A stretch of 55,372 bases of DNA, from assembly GCA_031419535.1 (NCBI GenBank), contig JANOLA010000171.1, positions 1 through 55,372 of the forward strand, written 5' to 3'. Origin of the DNA: Burkholderiales bacterium (lineage in GTDB: Bacteria; Pseudomonadota; Gammaproteobacteria; Burkholderiales; Burkholderiaceae_C). Under the pieces are notes generated by a model. That model had not been told where the DNA came from. It made no database searches and saw nothing but the letters and a program-made list of their open reading frames with translations. The position numbers and the translations under genes are program-made. Each line of letters opens with the position of its first letter. Positions within the stretch are counted from its first letter, which is position 1. Shown here one piece after another: positions 13,737-22,478 of this stretch.

Positions 13737-14792
13737 TCATGCCATTTCGCGCTCGATCATCGCCTGCCCGAGCACGTCGCGCGCGTAGCGGTCGGTCAGG
13801 GCCTCGCGCAACTCGAGCGCGGCCGGGCGCGTCAAACCCGGCGTGCACAGCAAGGCCTGGGCGGCGCGGTAGCGCACCCACCATTGCGGGTCGCAGAGCA
13901 GCGTCAGCAGCAGCGGCTTGTCGGCCGGCGTGCCGAAGCGCGCCAACGCCGCCGCCGCCTGCGAGCGCACCCACCACACCGGGTGCTGCGCGAGCTGGCG
14001 CACGCGCGGCAGTGCGGCGGGCGTCTGCACGTGCTGCAGACACATCGACAGCAGTTCGGTGTGGTCGCTGCGCATGAGCAGGCCGAGCAAGGTGGGCGAC
14101 GCGCGCACCGAATCGACGGCGGCGAGCAGCCGCACCAGGCGCACTTGCTGCGTGGCGTCGGCAGCGAGCAGGCGTTCGCGCAGCGGATCGAACAGGTGCT
14201 GGGCGCCGGCCTCGCGAAGCAGCAGTGCCAGGCGCGCCATCGGCCATTCCGGGCGCCGCGCGATCTCAACCAGCACCGGCACCGCGGCCCGCGCCGGGTC
14301 GATTTGCAGCAGCGTACGCGCAGCCGACAGGCTGAGGTAGGGCCGCGGATCGCCGAGCAGCGCGTGCACCGCGTCCCAGTCGCTGGGCTGTGCCAGATGG
14401 CCAAGCGTCACCAAGCCGAGCCACTGGCGTTCGCGGTCGCGGCGCACGAGCCAGCGCCGCGCCAGCGCGTCCAGGCCGAGCAGGTTCAAGACCACCCGCA
14501 GCCGGTCGTGCGACGGGCCGCGCAGGCTTTCGGCGATCTGGTTCCACAGCAACAGCAGCACCGGCCGTTCGCCGCGGCGCAGCAGCGGGAACGGTGGGTC
14601 TTCGCCCATCGCGTGGCGCAGCAACGCCGGGCGCCAGCGCGCAATCGTCGCGGCGGCGGCGCGTTCGCGCCAGCGCATTGCCAGGCGCATCAGCGCGACG
14701 AGCACGATCAAGCCGAACGTCAGCGCGAGCGAGGCCAAGCCGAGCCCGAAGGCGAGCTGCTGCGCGATGTCAGTGCTGGTATCGAACGCCAA
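13737..14792 (-). CDS. single-pass membrane protein with cytoplasmic HEAT (PBS-lyase-type) repeat domain
   Basis: A TM helix (LAFGLGLASLALTFGLIVLVAL) is followed by a basic segment (MRLAMRWRER), which puts the C-terminus in the cytoplasm. Repeats carry WWVR....AA.AL signatures. Start uncertain: TTG 14792 is chosen, with TTG 14738 or ATG 14690 possible. The track's ATG at 15056 would overlap the barrel gene by 286 nt. Confidence 0.75.
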   Translation of the reverse strand: MAFDTSTDIAQQLAFGLGLASLALTFGLIVLVALMRLAMRWRERAAAATIARWRPALLRHAMGEDPPFPLLRRGERPVLLLLWNQIAESLRGPSHDRLRVVLNLLGLDALARRWLVRRDRERQWLGLVTLGHLAQPSDWDAVHALLGDPRPYLSLSAARTLLQIDPARAAVPVLVEIARRPEWPMARLALLLREAGAQHLFDPLRERLLAADATQQVRLVRLLAAVDSVRASPTLLGLLMRSDHTELLSMCLQHVQTPAALPRVRQLAQHPVWWVRSQAAAALARFGTPADKPLLLTLLCDPQWWVRYRAAQALLCTPGLTRPAALELREALTDRYARDVLGQAMIEREMA

Positions 14793-15567
14793 TGCGCAAC
14801 CCGTAACGTTCGTAAAGCTCGCCTTGGCGGTGCCCCGCCGCCTCGCCACTGATCGACCAGTTCGGTGCCCAGGCGTAGCTCGCCTTGAGCGCGGCACCGC
14901 GCACCGAACTCGAGACCAAGCCGCGCCCGGGAAGGTTCTCGAGCTCGCGCCCGAAGGCGAGCAAGCCGCCGATGCTGAGCGCGTCACTGGCGTACCAGTC
15001 CAGTCGCCACACCTGGGCTGAGCTGACACCGCCGCCGTCCAGTCGCGTCGCCGCACCGGTCCAGGCGAATCGCCAGGGGCCGAGGTAGTGCTCGGCCTGA
15101 GCCTGTGCAGTCGCGTTGCCCTGCGTCAGGCCTGGATTGCGGTACAGCGTGCGGCCCGCGCCCAGGGCCAGGTTCCAGCCCGCGACACCCTCGCGCCAGA
15201 CGCGGCCACGCCATTGCCACTGCGGCAGCACGCGGTGCGTATCGCTCGCAGCAACTTCCGCCTCGGCGCGCCAAAACGGCGCGAGCGGCAGCGCCGCGCC
15301 CGCTTCAGCCTGCCGGTCGGCCAAGTCGAAACGCTCGGTGCGGCGCAGCGTGCCGTTGGCGGACCCTCCGGCGGGGCCTCGCCACAACGCGGAGAGCTCG
15401 GTGTTGCGCCAATCGGAGAGGCCGGCGCTGAGATTCTCAACGGTCTGCGCCGCCTCGAAGGCCAACGGCCCCGCGAGCGCGCCGCCGGCGCAGGCGGCGA
15501 GGCTGAGGCCGACGCCGATGCCGATGCCGACGCGCAGCGCGGCAGCTCTGCGCTGCAACCGCTTCAT
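14770..15567 (-). CDS. YaiO-like outer-membrane beta-barrel protein (signal peptide with LAAC lipobox-like site)
   Basis: Internal ATG at 15567 overlaps the regulator stop (ATGA). The 265-aa length, signal peptide MKRLQRRAAALRVGIGIGVGLSLAAC and alternating beta-strand pattern to the C-terminus support a barrel. The YaiO assignment is from recollection of the family's size and profile and needs an HMM check. Confidence 0.65.
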   Translation of the reverse strand: MKRLQRRAAALRVGIGIGVGLSLAACAGGALAGPLAFEAAQTVENLSAGLSDWRNTELSALWRGPAGGSANGTLRRTERFDLADRQAEAGAALPLAPFWRAEAEVAASDTHRVLPQWQWRGRVWREGVAGWNLALGAGRTLYRNPGLTQGNATAQAQAEHYLGPWRFAWTGAATRLDGGGVSSAQVWRLDWYASDALSIGGLLAFGRELENLPGRGLVSSSVRGAALKASYAWAPNWSISGEAAGHRQGELYERYGLRIGVRYQH

Positions 15568-15938
15568 GCCGAGGCCGCCAACAGCTGGCGCACGCGGGCC
15601 ATCAGCTCTTGCGGCTGAAACGGCTTGACGACGTAGCCGTTGCTGCCGGAATCGAGCGCGCGCACGATGTCGGGCTCTTGCGATTTGGCGCTGAGCATCA
15701 GCACCGGCACCTGCGCCCAAGCCGGTTGGGCGCGCAGCAAGGCGATCAACTCAAATCCGTCCTTGTAGGGCAGCATCAGGTCCATGATCACCAGCACCGG
15801 CACCGGACCGCCAACGATGCGGGCCTGCGCGGCATGGCCGTCGCGGCAGATCTGCACCGTGTGCCCCTCGCGCTGCATCATGAATTCGAGCAGCTCGGCA
15901 ATGCTTTCATCGTCTTCGACGATCAGGACTTGGGGCAT
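15564..15938 (-). CDS. stand-alone receiver (REC-only) response regulator
   Basis: Internal ATG at 15938 (MPQVLIVEDDES), phospho-acceptor context VIMDLMLPYKDG, then LSAKS and YVVKPF. There is no output domain. Confidence 0.9.
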   Translation of the reverse strand: MPQVLIVEDDESIAELLEFMMQREGHTVQICRDGHAAQARIVGGPVPVLVIMDLMLPYKDGFELIALLRAQPAWAQVPVLMLSAKSQEPDIVRALDSGSNGYVVKPFQPQELMARVRQLLAASA

Positions 15939-16115
15939 CGGGGCAGGCGGCTGCGAATGGGGGCAGAGCATAACCAATGTGCCGGTCTGCCAATGGGTCG
16001 ATAAACGCTGCCGCATGGCGCTACCAGTTGTGAGTTGTGCACGACGCGGCGAGGCCCGCGGACTCGATGCAGGGCCGAAAATCCTGGGGTCTTGAACCCG
16101 TGCGAGGAATTTCGA
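15939..16115. promoter_or_regulatory. divergent promoter region between the RR-led operon and the lipoprotein gene
   Basis: 177-nt spacer between two divergently oriented start codons. No specific boxes identified. Confidence 0.35.
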
Positions 16116-16796
16116 ATGGCGAATCGTTCGGTAGTGGCCACTCTCTCGATTTGTGTGCTTTCGCTGACCCTGCTGGGCGGGTGTACCGCGCTCAGCGGCG
16201 AAGGACACTTGCTCACTGAAGACGCGCGGCTCGCGGCCAACGTGCGCAGTTGCTGCAACAGCCCGAGCGAACTGCTGCGGCGCCAGCCGGCCGAGGTGGC
16301 GGCGAGCCGACCGGCGCTGCTGTGGTTTGCGGCGAGCACGCCGCATTTCGACTTCGGCAACGGCTTGGCGCCTTTCACCGTGTTCCAGCTCAACGGCCCG
16401 GCAGCCACGGCCCAGGTCGAGCTGCGCTCGCCGATGCGTTTGCGCGGTTGGGCGTATGGGGGCGACGGCAAGGCGCACTACGCCGACGCGACCGCGGTGT
16501 TCTTCGACGCCAACGGCAACCCGCTGCCGGCGCAAACCATCGAGCGCGCCCAGCGCGACGATGCCGCCGGCGTCGCCGCGCTGTTTCAGACAGTCCTGGT
16601 GCCCACAGCGGCGGCGTACCTCATCGTCACGTCGAATCCGCGGAGCAACGGCTCGAGCGAGGCCAACGCCCCGCTCGGCCCACCCGCCCAGCCAGGAGTC
16701 GTTGGCTCGGGCCCGTTGATTCGCTCGGGAGGCATGTTCGCCCTGGGCTACCGGCTGGCGACTTACGGTCCGGTGCAGGTTCGCCTGGTGGAATAG
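16116..16796 (+). CDS. hypothetical lipoprotein
   Basis: Internal ATG at 16116 gives the signal peptide MANRSVVATLSICVLSLTLLGGC with a lipobox. The mature part is beta-rich. No confident family. Confidence 0.7.
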   Translation: MANRSVVATLSICVLSLTLLGGCTALSGEGHLLTEDARLAANVRSCCNSPSELLRRQPAEVAASRPALLWFAASTPHFDFGNGLAPFTVFQLNGPAATAQVELRSPMRLRGWAYGGDGKAHYADATAVFFDANGNPLPAQTIERAQRDDAAGVAALFQTVLVPTAAAYLIVTSNPRSNGSSEANAPLGPPAQPGVVGSGPLIRSGGMFALGYRLATYGPVQVRLVE

Positions 16797-16880
16797 GCCG
16801 GCTGCCGTCGGGCGCGCCGGGGGTGCGAGCCGGACCGTGCAAGTTGATGAATACTCCGGGCTTCACTTCCCCGCACCCCC

Positions 16881-17693
16881 ATGACCCCGGAGTTCACCCC
16901 CGCCATCAGCCTGCTCGCGGAGCTGGACTTGCTCAGCATCGGCGTCGCCGGCCGCGTTGCCCACGTGCGCCTGAACCGCCCCGCCAAACGCAACGCGCTC
17001 AACGACGCGCTGATCGCGCAGCTCCACACCTGCTTCATCAACCTGCCGGCTTCAGTGAATGCGGCGGTGTTGAGCGGAGCGGGCGAACACTTTTGCGCCG
17101 GACTTGACTTGTCCGAGCTCACCGACCGAAGCATCAGCGAAGGCATGCTGCACTCGCGCACCTGGCACGCGACGATGGACGCGATCCAGTTCGTCCGGGT
17201 GCCGGTGGTGGCGGTGCTGCATGGCGCGGTGGTCGGCGGCGGCCTGGAAGTGGCGAGCAGTTGCCACATCCGGGTGGCAGAAGCGAGCACGTTTTACGGC
17301 TTGCCGGAAGGCCAGCGCGGCCTCTTCGTCGGCGGCGGCGGCTCGGCGCGCTTGCCGCGGCTGTGCGGCGTGGCGACGATGACCGACATGATGCTCACCG
17401 GCCGCGTGCTCGACGCGCAAGAAGGCCTGCAGCGCGGGCTGGCGCAGTACGTGGTGGCCGACGGCGCGGGTTTCGCGAAAGCGGTGGAACTCGCCGCGCG
17501 AATCGCCGGCAACGCAGCGTTGTCGACCTTCGCGGTGCTGCAAGCGCTGCCACGCATCGCCGACCTGTCGCAAAGCGACGGATTGTTCGTCGAGTCGCTG
17601 ATGGCGGCGATCGCCCAGGGTGACGACGCGGCCAAGCAGCGCATGCGCGACTTTCTCGAAAAACGCGCCGGCAAAGTCGGCAAGTCGACATGA
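16881..17693 (+). CDS. enoyl-CoA hydratase/isomerase (crotonase) family protein
   Basis: Motifs V.LNRP.KRNAL, SGAG.HFCAGLDL and HGAVVGGGLE.A..CH.R. Confidence 0.9.
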   Translation: MTPEFTPAISLLAELDLLSIGVAGRVAHVRLNRPAKRNALNDALIAQLHTCFINLPASVNAAVLSGAGEHFCAGLDLSELTDRSISEGMLHSRTWHATMDAIQFVRVPVVAVLHGAVVGGGLEVASSCHIRVAEASTFYGLPEGQRGLFVGGGGSARLPRLCGVATMTDMMLTGRVLDAQEGLQRGLAQYVVADGAGFAKAVELAARIAGNAALSTFAVLQALPRIADLSQSDGLFVESLMAAIAQGDDAAKQRMRDFLEKRAGKVGKST

Positions 17694-19561
17694 TCGACAT
17701 GAAATCTGGCCCGCGCTACCGCGAGCTGGCGCTCGGTGGTTCACTCGAAGCGAACTTCGTGGCGCGTGCCGATGGCACGACGCTGGTCACGTCTTGCGAG
17801 CCGCTGCAACCCTACCCGCGCCGGCTGACGGACCGGCTGCTGCACTGGGCCGAAGTGGACCCCGATCACACCCTGGCGGCGCAGCGCGATCCGAGCGGGC
17901 CCTGGCGGCGCCTCAGCTACGCGCAGGCACTGCACGGCGCGCGCGGCATTGCGCAGGCGCTGCTCGACATGGGCCTGTCGGCGCAACGCCCGGTGGCGAT
18001 CCTGTCCGACAACGACCTCGAGCACCTGCTGCTGTCGCTCGGCGCCATGCTCGCGGGTGTGCCGTTCGCGCCGATCTCGCCGGCCTATTCGACGCTGTCG
18101 TTAGACCATGGCAAGTTGCGCCACATCCTGAACCTGTTGACGCCGGGCCTGGTGTTCGCGTCCAACGCATCGCTCTACGGCCGGGCAATCGGCGCGGCGG
18201 TTCCGGCGGCGACGCCGGTGGTGTTGACGCAAGGCACGCTCGACGGCCGCGCCACGCGCAGCTTCGCCGATCTCGCCGCGACCGTGGCCACTTTAGCGGT
18301 GGACGCCGCGCATGAGGCGGTAGGCCCGGAGACGATCGCCAAATTCCTGTTCACGTCGGGGTCCACCCAGTTGCCCAAGGGCGTGATCAATACGCAGCGC
18401 ATGTGGTGCGCGAACCAGCAACAGATCGTGCAGTGTTTTCCGGAACTGGGCCGCACTCGCCCGGTGCTGGTGGACTGGCTGCCGTGGAACCACACCTTCG
18501 GCGGCAACCACAACGTCGGCCTGACGATCTACAACGGCGGCACCCTGTACATCGACGAGGGCAAGCCCGCGCCGCAGCTGATCGGCCAGACGCTGCGCAA
18601 TCTTCGCGAGATTTCGCCGACGGTCTACTTCAATGTGCCCAAGGGCTTCGAGGAAATCGCGAACGCGATGGAGCACGACGCGCAATTGCGCGAGACGCTG
18701 TTCGCGCGGGTGAAGATGTTCTTCTTCGCTGGCGCGGGCCTGGCGCAGCCGGTGTGGGACAAGCTCGATGCGCTGGGTGTTGCCACCGGCGGCGAGCGGA
18801 TTCGCATGCTCACGGGCCTGGGCATGACGGAAACCGCGCCGTTCGCCATCTGCGCGAACGCGCGCGACGTGAAGGCTGGCCACATCGGCCTGCCCGCGCC
18901 GGGCATCGAGCTCAAGCTCGTGCCGCATGGTGACAAGGTCGGCGACAAGGTCGAAGTGCGCTACCGCGGCCCGAACGTCACGCCGGGCTATTGGCGCGCA
19001 CCCGAGCAGACCGCGACGGCGTTCGACGCCGAAGGCTTTTATTGCAGCGGCGATGCGGTGAAACCGATCGCGCCCGCCCACCCCAGCCGGGGATTCATGT
19101 TTGACGGGCGCATCGCAGAAGACTTCAAGCTCGCGACCGGTACCTTCGTGTCGGTCGGGCCGCTGCGCGCGAAGGTTGTCGCCCTGGGCGACCCCTGCGT
19201 GCAAGACGCGGTGGTGACGGGAATCGACCGCAACGAGATCGGCCTGCTGATCTTTCCGCGGCTCGACGCCTGCCGGGCACTCGCTGGCTTGGCGGCAGGG
19301 GCGGCACCGGACCAGGTGCTGGCGGCCAGCGCGGTGCGCGATTTTTTCCAGCGCCTGGTTGATTCGCTGTGGGCCGGCGGCACAGGCAGCGCGACACGGG
19401 TCGCGCGCGCGCTGGTGCTCGCCGAGCCGGCGAGCATCGACCGCGGCGAAGTCACGGACAAAGGCTCGATCAACCAGCGCGCCGTGCTGACGCACCGCGA
19501 CGCCGTTGTGCGCCAGCTCTACGACGCCGGCACGCCCGGCGTGTTGCTGGCGCGGCGCTGA
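17690..19561 (+). CDS. AMP-dependent acyl-CoA synthetase (feruloyl-CoA-synthase-like)
   Basis: ATGA overlap with the crotonase stop. 623 aa with FTSGSTQLPKGV and GLGMTETAP motifs. The N-terminus resembles annotated feruloyl-CoA synthases of Burkholderiales. Confidence 0.9.
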   Translation: MIDMKSGPRYRELALGGSLEANFVARADGTTLVTSCEPLQPYPRRLTDRLLHWAEVDPDHTLAAQRDPSGPWRRLSYAQALHGARGIAQALLDMGLSAQRPVAILSDNDLEHLLLSLGAMLAGVPFAPISPAYSTLSLDHGKLRHILNLLTPGLVFASNASLYGRAIGAAVPAATPVVLTQGTLDGRATRSFADLAATVATLAVDAAHEAVGPETIAKFLFTSGSTQLPKGVINTQRMWCANQQQIVQCFPELGRTRPVLVDWLPWNHTFGGNHNVGLTIYNGGTLYIDEGKPAPQLIGQTLRNLREISPTVYFNVPKGFEEIANAMEHDAQLRETLFARVKMFFFAGAGLAQPVWDKLDALGVATGGERIRMLTGLGMTETAPFAICANARDVKAGHIGLPAPGIELKLVPHGDKVGDKVEVRYRGPNVTPGYWRAPEQTATAFDAEGFYCSGDAVKPIAPAHPSRGFMFDGRIAEDFKLATGTFVSVGPLRAKVVALGDPCVQDAVVTGIDRNEIGLLIFPRLDACRALAGLAAGAAPDQVLAASAVRDFFQRLVDSLWAGGTGSATRVARALVLAEPASIDRGEVTDKGSINQRAVLTHRDAVVRQLYDAGTPGVLLARR

Positions 19562-19566
19562 ACGTC

Positions 19567-19998
19567 ATGGCGCGCACCACAATTCACAGCGTCGACATCC
19601 ACTTCGGCGACTGCGACCCGGCCGGGATCGTCTTCTTCCCGAACTTTTCGCGCTGGATGGACGCGGCGTCGCTCGCGTTCTTCATGGAATGCGGCGTGCC
19701 GCCGTGGCGCGAACTGGTGAAGACGCGCGGCATCGTCGGCACGCCGCTGCTCGAGATCAACACCAAGTTCCACAAGGCCGCGACCTATGGCGAGACAATC
19801 GCGATCAGCACCTGGGTCGAGGAGTGGCGCGCCAAGGTGTTCATTCAGATGCACCGCGTCACCCGTGCGCAGGGAGACACGGTTGACCTGATCTGCGAGG
19901 GCCGCGAGGTGCGCGCTTTCGTCGAACGCGATGCGCAAGACCCGGACCGGTTGCGCGCGATCGCGGTGCCGCAGGACATCAAGGCGCTGTGTTCCTGA
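19567..19998 (+). CDS. 4HBT/YbgC-type acyl-CoA thioesterase (hotdog fold)
   Basis: Internal ATG at 19567, 5 nt after the ligase stop. The DCDPAGIVFFPNF motif is typical of the family. Confidence 0.85.
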   Translation: MARTTIHSVDIHFGDCDPAGIVFFPNFSRWMDAASLAFFMECGVPPWRELVKTRGIVGTPLLEINTKFHKAATYGETIAISTWVEEWRAKVFIQMHRVTRAQGDTVDLICEGREVRAFVERDAQDPDRLRAIAVPQDIKALCS

Positions 19999-20077
19999 CC
20001 CCCACCGGCGAGGCCGAACCGGGCCGACGCTGAGCGCGCGCGTTCAGGGCGCAGGCCGCGAGCGGCGCAAATTGAGT

Positions 20078-20953
20078 TTAAGCGCGCTGCATCTCCATCC
20101 ACAGCAGCGCGAGGCCGCTCGCGACGACGATCGCCGCGCCTGCCGCGACAAAGGCGTCGGGCCACTGGCCGAACAGCAGCCAGCCCCACAGCGTCATGTA
20201 GATGATTTGTTGGTACAGAAACGGGCTCAGCGTCGCCGCCGACGCGTAACGGTGCGCTTTGGCCACCCAGTAGTGGCCCAATCCGCCGAACAGCCCGCAC
20301 ACCGCGACCAAGCCCCACGACAGCGCGTCTTCGGGCGTCTTCCAGTTCGCCAAGGCAAACGGCGCGAGCACGATGCTGGCACCCAGGGCCGACATCAACT
20401 GCGTGGCCGCCGGCGATTCGCTCGCCGCCATGCGCCGCGTCAGCAGGTTGAACAGGGCGTAGAAAATGGCGTTCAGCACCGACAGCAGGATCGCCGGGTG
20501 AAACGCGTGGGTCCCGGGGCGGATCACAAGCAACACGCCGGCGAATCCGGCGACGATCGCTGCCCAGCGCCGCCGGTCCAGGTGCTCGCCCAGGAACCAG
20601 GCGCTGAACAGAGCAATCATCAGCGGCACGGAAAACTGGATCGCGGCGGTCTCCGCCAATTGCAAGTATTGCAGCGCCCAGAAATTCATCGCTGTCATCG
20701 ACGCGAGCATCAGCGCTCGAACCACTTGCAGGCGCGGTTGTTGGGCGCGCAGCATCTCGCGGCCGTACACCGGGCCCAGCAGCGCGGAGGTGATGAGCGT
20801 GTGCGCGCAAAAGCGCAGCCACACCACTTCGAGCACCGGCAAGGATTGCAACAGCCACTTCGCCGACGCGTCCAGCGTCGCGAAACAGATCGTCGTCAGC
20901 GTCACCATGCCGATGCCGATGCGCCGGCCGCGCGCGCTATCGAGATGCAGCAT
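20078..20953 (-). CDS. DMT-superfamily (EamA) transporter
   Basis: 291 aa with about ten hydrophobic helices and the N-terminal F..LDA.AKWL pattern. Confidence 0.9.
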   Translation of the reverse strand: MLHLDSARGRRIGIGMVTLTTICFATLDASAKWLLQSLPVLEVVWLRFCAHTLITSALLGPVYGREMLRAQQPRLQVVRALMLASMTAMNFWALQYLQLAETAAIQFSVPLMIALFSAWFLGEHLDRRRWAAIVAGFAGVLLVIRPGTHAFHPAILLSVLNAIFYALFNLLTRRMAASESPAATQLMSALGASIVLAPFALANWKTPEDALSWGLVAVCGLFGGLGHYWVAKAHRYASAATLSPFLYQQIIYMTLWGWLLFGQWPDAFVAAGAAIVVASGLALLWMEMQRA

Positions 20954-21209
20954 GGGTCGGCCGGCCTGTCGCGGCGCGCCGGGTCTGCGCCGTGCCGAAT
21001 TCGGGGTCCTGCCCGACGGGGAAGTCTTTCCTGTCGCAGCGGTGGTTCTTGGGGGGAGGTGTGGGCGAGGGGATCAAGGAGGCAGGGGCTCAGCGGGCAA
21101 GACGCGCGCCGGGTGCGGCGCAGCCCACAGCATAACCAGTGCCGCGCTGCCGGGTCGCGCGCCGACCCCGTGCATGGCGCGCCGCTCGCCGCGGCGCGTC
21201 GTCAGCGGT

Positions 21210-21515
21210 TCAGGCCGCGGCCAGCTCGCCGAAGAAGTGGCGAAACACGTCGGGCTCGTGCACCTCGCGCTGCACCAGACCGCTCAGGGTTTCTTCGAAC
21301 GGCTGGGCCGGCAGCAGCGAATCCAGGTCGGCCGGCAAGGTGTTGACCCACGCCGAGGTGTAGCGCGGCGTGTTGCCGCGCCGCTTCGCGTCATTCACGA
21401 GGCGCTGCGCCAGCGTGTCGGCCAGCGACGGCAGTTCCTCCCACTCGATGCTGCCGTTGTAGGCAACGATGCGGTTCACTGACGAGGGGTAGTGTTGTGG
21501 ATTTGACGGGCGCAT
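21210..21515 (-). CDS. hypothetical protein (101 aa)
   Basis: ATG ORF with strongly G/C-biased third positions and normal composition. No family recognised. Confidence 0.55.
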   Translation of the reverse strand: MRPSNPQHYPSSVNRIVAYNGSIEWEELPSLADTLAQRLVNDAKRRGNTPRYTSAWVNTLPADLDSLLPAQPFEETLSGLVQREVHEPDVFRHFFGELAAA

Positions 21516-21706
21516 GATGGTGGGCCGGAGCTGCGAAGTGATGGCAAGACTATCGGCAGCGCGATCCCCCCATTCATGGAATTAACCGGCATCGAAGCGC
21601 CTGTTTGCAACGCCGCGCCGAGGCGCGTGCGAAAGTTCGCGTGGCGCGCACGCTGAACACGGACGCGCGGCGTTGACGCCAGAGCCCCCGCGGATCTCGC
21701 GCGTGC

Positions 21707-22399
21707 TTATGTCGCGACTGGCGGGGCGCCTTTGCGCCGCGGCGGCGCCGGCGATTCATGCGACGTGAACTCGTCGACCGGCAGCGGGCGCAGCAGCGCG
21801 AGCGCGTCGTCGGGCATGGCCGCAAGCCACGCGACGCCCTGCGCCTCGTCGATCACCGCGACGCTGCGCTTTTCCTCGCCGGGGCGATGGAAGCGGCGCA
21901 TCAGCGGGTGCTGATCGGCGTTGATCGTGAGCATCGAAAACGACCACACGGTCTCACCGTTGTGCGGTGCGACCCAGCGGTCCCACAGGCCCGCCACCAT
22001 GAACGGCGCGCCATCGCGCCGCTCGATGCGCCAGCGCACCGCGCGCCCGGATTCGTAGTTCGGTTCGTAGAAACTCTCCATCGGCACCAGGCACCATTGG
22101 CGGCGCGACCACGCCTGGCGAAAGCTCGGCTTTTCGCGCGCCGTCTCGCTGCGCGCGTTGTAGGTCATGCGCGCGATCTTCGTGTCTTGCGACCAGAACG
22201 GGATCAGGCCGAAACAGGCCTTGACGCATTCGATCCCCGCTTCCGGTTCGGCAGCGGCGACGCGGCCCATGGCCCGGCGCCGCTGCAAGGGCGCGGCGTA
22301 GCCGGGGTAGGCCTCGGCCTCGTAGTCGAACGCCGCCGCCGCGGTGCCCAGGCGCTGAGCCAGCCAGTCGCGCGATGTCGGGCGGTAGTTGGTGCACAT
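21707..22399 (-). CDS. SOS-response-associated peptidase (SRAP/YedK-like abasic-site processing protein)
   Basis: Internal ATG at 22399 gives MCTNY with the invariant Cys2. Other motifs are YNARSET, F..A...RRCLVP..SFYE and ML.T..A. Confidence 0.9.
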   Translation of the reverse strand: MCTNYRPTSRDWLAQRLGTAAAAFDYEAEAYPGYAAPLQRRRAMGRVAAAEPEAGIECVKACFGLIPFWSQDTKIARMTYNARSETAREKPSFRQAWSRRQWCLVPMESFYEPNYESGRAVRWRIERRDGAPFMVAGLWDRWVAPHNGETVWSFSMLTINADQHPLMRRFHRPGEEKRSVAVIDEAQGVAWLAAMPDDALALLRPLPVDEFTSHESPAPPRRKGAPPVAT

Positions 22400-22407
22400 G
22401 GGGTTCG

Positions 22408-22428
22408 CGTCTAACGCACGTCTAACGC
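22408..22428. repeat. tandem direct repeat CGTCTAACGC x2 (11-nt period) just upstream of the SRAP start
   Basis: Units at 22408-22417 and 22419-22428 are identical. The repeat lies 9 nt upstream of the ATG at 22399 on the minus strand. Confidence 0.5.
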
Positions 22429-22478
22429 CGTGGGTCAGGCCAGAACCGCCTTGCGCACGCGGGTCTGGCGGGCTTGGC

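Noticed and set aside
14793-15056. ATG at 15056 as the start of the HEAT protein.
   Set aside because: It would overlap the barrel gene by 286 nt and add an Arg/Ser/Pro-rich junk N-terminus. A start just before the TM helix (TTG 14792, 14738 or ATG 14690) fits the overlap-coupled style of the operon.
21051-21088. G-rich tract (GGGGGG..GGG..GGGG..GGGG) upstream of the EamA gene as a G-quadruplex.
   Set aside because: One required loop would be 12 nt and the tracts are irregular. In a genome this GC-rich such runs are expected by chance.
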